The translations under genes and the position numbers were made by a program. Shown piece by piece: positions 1 through 6,424 of a DNA stretch of 9,923 nucleotides. Below the pieces are notes generated by a model. The model ran no database searches, was not told the origin of the DNA, and saw nothing but the letters and a program-made list of their open reading frames with translations. Location of the stretch: assembly GCF_006345805.1 (NCBI RefSeq), contig NW_021827815.1, positions 1-9,923 of the forward strand, read 5' to 3'. How positions within the stretch are numbered: position 1 is the first letter of the stretch; every line of letters starts with the position of its first letter. The stretch is from Octopus sinensis (taxonomy: Eukaryota).

Positions 1-116
1 GGTTCAGTCCCACTGCGTAGCACCTTGGGCTGGTATCTGCTACTATAGCTTTGAGTCAGTCAAAGCCTTATGAGTGGGTTTGGTAGACGGAAACTGAAAG
101 AAGCTCATCGTATATA
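1..116 (+). mobile_element. tRNA-derived SINE family A, partial (cut by window edge; interrupted at its internal TA tract)
   Basis: GGTTCAGTCCCACTGCG (B-box-like), CACCTTGGGC (CORE-like) and TTTGGTAGACGGAAACTGAAAGAAGC match the copy at 3174-3574 by eye. Confidence 0.85.
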
Positions 117-441
117 AAGGGTAAAGACCCCCTTCGGTCATGAATGACCATGGGATTGCACCTAGAAAGTTACCCTCCTAGACACAAGTCCGGGCAAGGT
201 TGTTTATGGAAGACCAGCAGTCGCCCATGCATACCAGCCTCCCCTCTCCACGCCACCAGTGTTATCCAAGGGAAAGACAAAGGTCGATACAGCTTGGCAA
301 CTCATTTCTACAGTTGAGTGAATTGGAGCAACGTGAAATAAAGTGCCTTGCTCAAGAACACAACACGCAGCCCGGTCCGGGATTCGAGCTCACAACCTCA
401 CGATCGTAAGCTCGACGCTCTAACCACTGAGCCATGCGCCT
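117..441 (-). mobile_element. tRNA-derived SINE family B (tail variant 1), full length with TSD
   Basis: Minus strand starts GGCGCATGGCTCAGTGGTTAG (A box), then GAGCTCGAATCCC (B box), then CORE-like TTCTTGAGCAAGGCACTTTATTTCAC. Flanked by direct repeat TCATCGTATATA at 105-116 and 442-453. Confidence 0.85.
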
Positions 442-447
442 TCATCG

Positions 448-473
448 TATATATATATATATATATATATATA
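448..473. repeat. (TA)13 microsatellite
   Basis: Read directly from sequence. Confidence 0.95.
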
Positions 474-665
474 AAGGGAAAGTTTACGAAAATAAACAAA
501 AGACGAAGGCAGGTGGTGTACAAACAAACAAATGTATTAGTATAGCGCTCAGGAATAGAAAAAGTCTTTTACGTTTCGAGCCTACGCTCTTCTACAGAAA
601 GATACACAGAAAAAAACAAGGAGAGAAAAAAAAATGTGTGTAGTAGCTAACGATCTATCATGGCG
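474..665 (-). mobile_element. Short Penelope-like (pLTR-derived or non-autonomous) element, copy 1, embedded in (TA)n
   Basis: Near-identical to 9745-9923 (474-605 differs by one A-run indel). Has (TA)n on both sides (448-473 and 666-676). Carries a minimal hammerhead motif on the minus strand, a feature of PLE pLTRs. No RT or GIY-YIG ORF is present, so the PLE assignment is inferred. Confidence 0.65.
565..602 (-). ncRNA. Candidate minimal type I hammerhead ribozyme, copy 1
   Basis: Minus strand reads UCUUU-CUGUAGA-A-GAGC(GUAG)GCUC-GAAA-CGUA-AAAGA: 5-bp stem I, 4-bp stem II, palindromic ACGU stem III, GUA cleavage triplet. Core position 6 is U instead of A. Confidence 0.6.
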
Positions 666-680
666 TATATATATATGATA

Positions 681-1286
681 TTGGGTCATCCCATAAATAA
701 TGTAGTTTTTTCAATTACATGAAGGAAAAGTCGGAGGGGGACGGGATAAACTACCTGCATCAACTTGCTATAAAAGCAAGTAGTAATTTTACCTTGTCTT
801 TATTCTTAGTGCAAGTTTTGGAGAGTGCAATTCAATTTTAACAGTTATTTTCTCAAAGTTATAATGGAAGTGACAAAGAAGCATATTCGGCATATTTTGC
901 TTTGAGTTCAATAAAGGCAACAACGCAACGGAAAGTGCGAGGAGTATTAATGCAGTATATGGAGATCGGACAGTAAGCGTAAGCCAGTGTCAACGGTGGT
1001 TCCAGAAATTCTGAGTCCGAAACTATAGCCTAGAAGACGAGCTTCGTCCTGGAAGATCTGTAGAGCTCGACGAGGACGTCCTGCAAACCCCGGTGAAACA
1101 AAGTCCCATCGTAACTGTTGAGGAACTAGCGGAGAAGCTTGGATTTGGTCATTCGACCATAAATCGACACTTGCGCTAGAAGAAAAACGACCATCTTTGG
1201 TTTCAAGAGAAAGGTATTCTTCCATCAGGATAATGCTCGGCTAGGAGTTTGAATGTGAAACGATGCCTCACCAACCATATTCGCCG
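681..1286 (+). mobile_element. Degenerate, internally deleted and 3'-truncated mariner transposon
   Basis: TA (679-680) followed by TIR-like TTGGGTCATCCCATAAATAATG, which shares GG.CATCCCATAA with the TIR of the 8484-9732 element. Transposase remnant downstream. No right TIR seen. Confidence 0.85.
864..1286 (+). pseudogene. Mariner transposase pseudogene fragment
   Basis: Reads MEVTKKHIRHILL/(fs)EFNKGNNATESAR...CQRWFQKF*...SLEDELRPGRSVE...VEELAEKLGFGHSTINRHLR*, then jumps to ...FFHQDNAR...PHQPYSP. Frameshift near 900, TGA at 1012, TAG at 1177, large internal deletions. About half identical by eye to the N-terminus of the 8559-9553 transposase. Confidence 0.9.
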
Positions 1287-1472
1287 TTTTCCGTTGATTT
1301 ACGTTTTCCCTTTGCAGAATTCAAACCGGTCGCTGAAAAAGTGACAAGGCTCTTTTGTTTGAACTAAGACTGTTCCTAGAATTTGTGAATGTGTGAATGA
1401 GTTGGTGAATGTGGATACACTTGCAGTTGTGTAATAGGTGTTTATGTGCCTTTAGCACATATTTGTTGTTTA

Positions 1473-1826
1473 TTTTTTACTTGTATCAGTCACTGGGCTG
1501 TGGCCATGCTGAAGCATCGCCTTGAAATGTTTAGTCAAACAAATCTACCACAGCATTTATTTTAAAGCCTGGTACTTATTCTATTAAATTCGTTTGCCGA
1601 ATCGCTAACTTACGGAAACGTAAACAAAGCAATTCCGGTTGTCAAGCGCCAGTGGCGGGACAAACACAATGATCCCTTTCCCACACACGCGTCGGGCTTC
1701 CACACATTTTCCGTCTACCAAATCCGCTCATTCAGAAGATATTGGTTAGCCCAGGTGCCCACGCATTGGAACTGAACCTGAAACCTTGCGGTTGGCAAGT
1801 AAGCTTCTCACCGCAGAGCCACGCCT
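1473..1826 (-). mobile_element. SINE family A, older diverged copy
   Basis: Minus strand AGGCGTGGCTCTGCGGTGAGAAGC...GGTTCAGTTCCAATGCG head; internal TTCCGTCTACCAAATCC, GGTTGTCAAGCG and GGCCATGCTG (plus strand) match family A reverse complement. Confidence 0.8.
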
Positions 1827-1937
1827 TTAAATTTGTTTTATTACTCTTTATGTATACATGCGATTGTGTGCAATTGTTCATTTAAGGGAACTCAAGCGGA
1901 GAATCCTTGATATGTTTTATTGATATTCATTCTACCA

Positions 1938-2047
1938 TTAATCTATAATATTCGGAAGATGTAAGTCACTTTGCTTTGTTCTTCGATGGAGGGCCTCAGA
2001 ATTTCTATGCGTTTTATGTAAATCTGTTGTTACGTAGCCCGGTCTAC
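1938..2047 (-). CDS. Candidate terminal coding exon (GRPGYVTTDLHKTHRNSEALHRRTKQSDLHLPNIID*); alternatively part of a decayed Tc1-like ORF
   Basis: Preceded by an acceptor-like TTTTCATTTGTACTTATTATCACAG; only one frame is open; TAA at 1938-1940; two AATAAA downstream on the minus strand (near 1915-1920 and 1837-1842). No recognisable homology. Confidence 0.2.
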
Positions 2048-2455
2048 CTGTGATAATAAGTACAAATGAAAATTTATTACCTAGATAAAATAGATATAAG
2101 TTTCTCATGAGTTCATTGTAGATGTTCGCATTCATTGGTCCGTTGGTCTCTACAACAGAGAACTGAGTTTTGTTGCCTGCCTCATAGAGCAATATCACGC
2201 CTATTGTGTTTGCATCTGGTTGGTGACTTTATTAGAATGTTCCACCAGTGTTCTATATTTTTAAAGGTGTGAATACATTCTGGTTCTGGCTCCTACCTTT
2301 TTTTTTTTTTTTTGTATAAATAACTGTTGGGACGATTCTTCCCTCGAAACAGCATTCATTATTGTGAATGGTCTTAGCAACAATGTCGTGTCTCGTGGAA
2401 AGCCGTCGAGGATGTTGTTGTCGTTATCGTTGTTTCATCATCATTACCACTCAGC

Positions 2456-2465
2456 CACCACCACC

Positions 2466-2530
<65 letters not shown>
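2456..2530. repeat. Compound trinucleotide microsatellite (CAC)8(CAA)7(CAG)10
   Basis: Counted directly; all three blocks are in the same CAN register. Confidence 0.95.
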
Positions 2531-2533
<3 letters not shown>

Positions 2534-2564
2534 GCAGCAACAGTGAACCCTTATTCCACGTTTA

Positions 2565-2920
2565 TCTCTCTATATATAAACGGCAGTTTGTCTGTGTGTT
2601 TCTGTGTGGTCGTTAGGTTGTACCCTCACACTGACCACGGCTTTCAACCGATTCTGATGAAACTTGACACAACATAGCCCAATGTCATAATTCAAAACTA
2701 ACGCAGCGAAAATTTTTGAAAAGTTCCCCCAGTTCTGAAAAAATCGATAAATTCGACATGGGGTCGAGAATCACAAACACAACCACAGACGCAACTCGAC
2801 CTTTTTAACTAAAAAAAAATTTACCATCATTATTTTTCCCATTTTTTGGCTATAACTCTCTAAAAATGCTTTATAGTTATTTCCCTTACAAACCCGAGCA
2901 ACGCCGGGCGATACTGCTAG
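2565..2920 (+). mobile_element. Non-autonomous Helitron, 356 bp, both ends intact
   Basis: 5' TC after host A (2564); 3' CTAG before host T (2921); no TSD. GC hairpin CCCG-A-GC-AAC-GC-CGGG at 2893-2908, 8 nt before CTAG. 5' TATATATAAA followed by a GTCTGTGTGTTTCTGT simple repeat and CCGATTCTGATGAAAC, typical of short animal Helitrons. Confidence 0.85.
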
Positions 2921-3146
2921 TTGTTGATAAGAACAAAGTAAACGAAACGCACTGAACCGGAAAGTAAGGATTGAAATGAAGAAAACTAATACGACTGTTT
3001 TTTTTCTTCATATATACATGAAACTGTAATCACCGATGTCTGTTCGTCTCACACACAAGATGTGGAAATCGTATTTTTATTTTACAATTTTACGGACCAA
3101 CTCCTGTTATCTTCGGCCTGTTAAATTAGCATCTCCATTGTATTAA

Positions 3147-3730
3147 GATGATGGTTTCAAATTTTGCCACAAAGGCGTAGGAGTGGCTGTGTAGTAAGTA
3201 GCTTGCTAACGAACCACATGGTTCCGGGTTCAATTCCACTGCGTGGTACCTTGGCCAAATGTCTTCTACTATAGCCTCGGGCCGACCAAAGCCTTGTGAG
3301 TGGATTTGATAGACGGAAACTGAAAGAAGCCCGTCGTATATATGTCTATATATATGTGTGTGTATATGTTTGTGTGTCTGAGTTTGTCTCCCCCAACATC
3401 GCTTGACAACCGACGCTGGTGTGCTTACGTCCCCGTAACTTAGCGGTTCGGCAAAAGAGACCTATAGAATAAGTACTAGGTTTATAAAGAATAAGTCCTG
3501 GGGTCGATTTGCTCGACTAAAGGCAGTACTCCAGCATGGCCACAGTCAAATGACTGAAACAAGTAAAAGAGTAAGGGCAGCCATTTTTTTTGGGGGGGGG
3601 TGTAAATCAATTACGTCGACCCCAGTGTTTCACTGGTACTTAATTTATCAACCCCGAAAGGATGAAAGGCAAAGTCAACCTCGGCGGAATTTGAACTCAG
3701 AACGTAGCGGCGGCAGACGAAGTAACTAAG
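3147..3730 (-). mobile_element. SINE family C, 5'-truncated, split by a nested family A copy (pieces 3147-3173 and 3575-3730)
   Basis: 3616-3724 is the reverse complement of 3872-3977. GATGGTTTCAAATTTTGCCACAA and GGGCAGCCATTTT appear to join into one family C tail once 3174-3574 is removed. Confidence 0.75.
3174..3574 (+). mobile_element. SINE family A, full length
   Basis: GGAGTGGCTGTGTAGTAAG (A-box-like), GGGTTCAATTCCAC (B box), CORE-like ACCTTGGCCAAATGTCTTCTAC, internal TA/TG microsatellite, and 3' end AAACAAGTAAAAGAGTAA. Matches the copies at 1-116, 1473-1826 and 7968-8326. Confidence 0.9.
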
Positions 3731-3821
3731 ATTATTCTTCATTATGTAAATACTTACAATAATTCCCCTGTAATACTCCTCTTATATGCTCTTGTGTTTC
3801 ATCCAATATGACTGCTCATTG

Positions 3822-4395
3822 AAGCGGCGAGCTGGTAGAAACGTTAGCATGCCGGGCGAATTGCATAGCCGTATTTCGTCTGCCGCTACGTTCTGAGTTC
3901 AAATTCCGCCGAGGTCGACTTTGCCTTTCATCTTTTCGGGGGCGATTAAATAAATACCAGTTACGCACTGGGGTCGATATAATCGACTTAATTCGTGTGT
4001 CTGCCCTTGTTTTCCCCTCTATGTTTAGCCCCTTGTGGGTAATAAAAAAAAGAGGTATTTCGTCTGCCGCTACGTTCTGAGTTCAAATTCTGCTGAGGTC
4101 GACTTTGCCTTTCATCCTTTCGGGATCGATTAAATAAGTACCAGTTATGCACTGGGGTCGATATAATCGACTTAATTCGTTTGTTTGTCCTCTCTGTGTT
4201 TAGCCCCTTGTGGGTAGTAAAGAAATAGGTATTTCGTCCGTCTTTACATTCTGAGTTCAAATTCCGCCGAGGTCGACTTTGCTTTCCATCCTTTCGGGCT
4301 CGATAAATGAAGTACCAGTTGCGTCCTGTGGTCGATGTAATCGACTGGCCCCTCCTCCGAAATTTCGGGTTTTGTGCATAGAGTAGAAAAGAATA
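3822..4395 (+). mobile_element. SINE family C multimer: tRNA-like head plus three tandem body units (3871-4054, 4055-4228, 4229-4395)
   Basis: Each unit starts GTATTTCGTC and contains GAGTTCAAATTC (B box) and GCCTTTCATCCTTTCGGG...ATAAGTACCAG (Deu/Nin-domain-like). Units 1 and 2 share the tail TTAGCCCCTTGTGGGTA; unit 3 has a different tail. Confidence 0.9.
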
Positions 4396-4410
4396 TAACT
4401 GCCGCATTAA

Positions 4411-4462
4411 GGCGGCGAGGTGGCAGAAACGTTACCACACCGGGCGAAATGCTTGGCGGTAT
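4411..4462 (+). mobile_element. Isolated SINE family C 5' head fragment
   Basis: GGCGGCGAGGTGGCAGAAACGTTACCACACCGGGCGAAATGCTTGGCGGTAT matches 3824-3874 and stops at the unit junction motif. Confidence 0.8.
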
Positions 4463-4540
4463 CAACGAGGAAATCCCAATCGAAAAAATAACCAATTTTT
4501 TCCCCGGCATTAATAATCAAACATTGAATAACATGGTACA

Positions 4541-4672
4541 ATGGTGAATTAAGAAAGGTCATTGTTGAGAGAAGAGATCAGAAAGACGCTGAAAAAAATT
4601 TTTAACACTGGCATTTCAGTGACTAAGATCATAAGATCTCCCCTGCATAGAACGCCAGTTTGTTGCTGTATC
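4541..4672 (+). pseudogene. Possible remnant of a Tc1/IS630-type transposase N-terminal HTH
   Basis: MVN*ERSLLREEIRKTLKKIFNTGISVTKIIRSPLHRTPVCCCI loosely fits the pattern L..E.R..I..L...G.S...IA..L..R.TV...I. One in-frame TAA. Pattern match by eye only. Confidence 0.25.
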
Positions 4673-4676
4673 GCTC

Positions 4677-4824
4677 ATATCCAACTGAATGGACTGACGC
4701 TATGTGAAATGAAATGATTAGCTCAAGAACACAACACATCGACAGGTTCGGGAGTCGAAACCACAATCTTGAAAGCAACACCCTAACCGTGAAAGCAACA
4801 TCCTAACGACTAGACCACGCACCT
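4677..4824 (-). mobile_element. SINE family B head and CORE-like fragment with an internal 20-bp duplication
   Basis: Minus strand AGGTGCGTGGTCTAGTCGTTAGG...GGTTTCGACTCCCG...TGTGTTCTTGAGCTAA matches the family B head. Confidence 0.7.
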
Positions 4825-4925
4825 TTCCTCCTAACAAAAAGATTTAAAAAAAAATCAAGAATCGGGATGAATGAATGGCGGGTGTCAGCTTAAAACCATT
4901 TTTTCTTTCTTGTTTAATTTGGCAG

Positions 4926-4976
4926 TGATGGTTGTCTTGCAAGATCTCGTGTCAAACCTCACTGAATACAACAAAT
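4926..4976 (+). CDS. Candidate 51-nt symmetric (phase 1-1) host exon, VMVVLQDLVSNLTEYNK
   Basis: Strong pyrimidine tract CCATTTTTTCTTTCTTGTTTAATTTGGCAG upstream, donor-like GTAAAT downstream, length divisible by 3, only one open frame, non-repetitive sequence. No homology recognised. Confidence 0.3.
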
Positions 4977-5145
4977 GTAAATGTCATTTTTTTCCTTTTT
5001 TGTTAGCGACTGATTTGGTTGGTTTGATTGATAAAGTGTTAAAATATGTTTCAAATATTGGATTGAAATAAAATGAATTTCTCTTAAGAGCGTATAAATC
5101 TTATTAACTCCTCTCTCCTGTCAGTGTTTCATTAATCTCTCTACC

Positions 5146-5474
5146 TTAGTGAGGGCGCGTGGCTTAGTGTTAGGGCATTCGGCTCATGATCGTAAGTTTG
5201 TGAGTTCGATTCCCGGCGACGCGTTGGTCCTTGAGCAGACACTCATTTCACGTTGCTCCAGTCCACTCAGCTGGCAAAAATGAGTTGTACTTGTTTTCAA
5301 AGGGTCAGCCTTGTCACTCTCTGTGTCACGCTGATATCCCCGAGAACTACGTTAAGGGTAACGTGTCTGTGGAATGCTATCAGCCATTTGCACGTTATTT
5401 CACGAGCAAGCTGTTCCGTTGATGTATCAGCTGGGACCCTCGTCGTCGTAACCGGCGGAGTCTTTAAAAAAAAA
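5146..5474 (+). mobile_element. SINE family B (tail variant 2), full length with poly(A) and 12-bp TSD
   Basis: GGCGCGTGGCTTAGTGTTAG (A box), GAGTTCGATTCCC (B box), GTCCTTGAGCAGACAC (CORE-like), A-tail. TSD AATCTCTCTACC at 5134-5145 and 5475-5486. Confidence 0.9.
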
Positions 5475-5765
5475 AATCTCTCTACCCCCACCCAATACTA
5501 TCTTAACTAACTCCAGTCATCTGTAATGGATTCCGCCGCCACCCGTTCATTCATAAAGACAAGGAAGGTTAAACGTGGGTTCTGTGAGGCGGAGTAAATG
5601 GAAAACTGCTGTGGTAAAACGGAGAAGAAAAATATATTAAACACGATAGATAAGAAGGACGAGCAGCCAGTGTCTACCACGTTGGAGTTTAACAGCTGGA
5701 GGTGTTTTACATCTAAAGGGCAATGTAATCAGCCAGGCAAACGGGAAATATAAGGGAGCTTACAA

Positions 5766-5890
5766 TACGCACACGCACACGCACACGCACACGCACACAT
5801 ACGCATGTATTTACTTGCTCGGTCGTTTAACGACTGCGCCTTTTGTGTGCGTGATTACGCGCGTGCTTGCGTGCGTGTGCATGTGCGTGC

Positions 5891-5921
<31 letters not shown>

Positions 5922-5997
5922 TGCATGAGCGTGCGCGCGTGTGTGTGTATGTGTTGTGTGTGTGTGTGTGTGTGCGTGTGTGTGTGTGTGTATGCGT

Positions 5998-6062
<65 letters not shown>
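5766..6062. repeat. Compound alternating purine-pyrimidine microsatellite: (ACGCAC)5 then ~220 bp of GT/GC/AT repeats ending in a long pure (GT)n
   Basis: Read directly; this tract explains the poly-CV ORFs. Confidence 0.95.
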
Positions 6063-6063
<1 letters not shown>

Positions 6064-6270
6064 CCGATCGGAATTTTAGAGTTTATTTTTGACCGGCCAC
6101 CTGCTTGGTGGCAAGGTTACAAAAAAAGAAAAAAAAATACTCCTTTTTTTTTGAAAAGGGAGGTTTTTTGTTATTTTCGTAATTCTTTTTCAAAACCATT
6201 CAACCTTTAAATTTTAAGGCCTTGTTGATATTTTTTATTGTCCCAGTTTTCGTGATCATCTGTAGAGTGT

Positions 6271-6309
6271 ACACACCACACACACACACACACACACCAC
6301 ACACACACA
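6271..6309. repeat. Interrupted (CA)n microsatellite
   Basis: Read directly. Confidence 0.9.
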
Positions 6310-6424
6310 TGTTTAGTGTTATTAGTCGTGCAAAGATAGAGTACTTGACACGATAACAGAGATTAATGGTTTATTTTGGTCGAGTCAGTCTCTTTCTACT
6401 ATGAGTTTCGCTGGTAGGTGCATA

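Noticed and set aside
365-441. SINE heads as functional tRNA genes
   Set aside because: Acceptor stems and anticodon arms are broken, anticodons differ between copies, and each head continues into a SINE body.
200-643. ORFs at 200-409, 348-545 and 434-643 (also 5231-5510, 6718-7110, 7996-8521)
   Set aside because: They lie within or across SINEs, microsatellites and element junctions.
947-1225. 92-aa minus ORF (likewise 8645-8851 and 9103-9414)
   Set aside because: Antisense or alternative-frame shadows of mariner transposase sequence.
1887-1966. Plus-strand exon ending at a perfect GTAAGT donor (1961)
   Set aside because: All three frames contain stops after the nearest acceptor; there is no support for a coding exon.
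2364-2616. Poly-T/N/S and poly-P/T/A ORFs
   Set aside because: Translations of the triplet microsatellite, running into a Helitron; no splice or homology support.
2653-2663. CTGATGAAAC (also at 8823) as hammerhead core
   Set aside because: No stem II between CUGAUGA and GAAA; the motif is explained by the Helitron body and by the antisense of the transposase FHQD codons.
4050-4110. HDV-like or hammerhead ribozyme at the SINE-C unit junction
   Set aside because: A partial P1-like pairing (GGTATTT/AAATTC) exists, but there is no P3/L3 or J4/2 motif and no CUGANGA on either strand.
3871-4395. Tandem array as CRISPR or as a coding repeat (139-aa ORF 3988-4407)
   Set aside because: Units are 170-185-bp SINE bodies without unique spacers; the ORF is the antisense translation of the repeat.
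6135-6170. Hairpin plus T-run resembling an intrinsic terminator
   Set aside because: Eukaryotic context with homopolymer-rich sequence; expected by chance.
5805-6210. Cys/Val-rich ORFs
   Set aside because: Translations of the (GT)n microsatellite.
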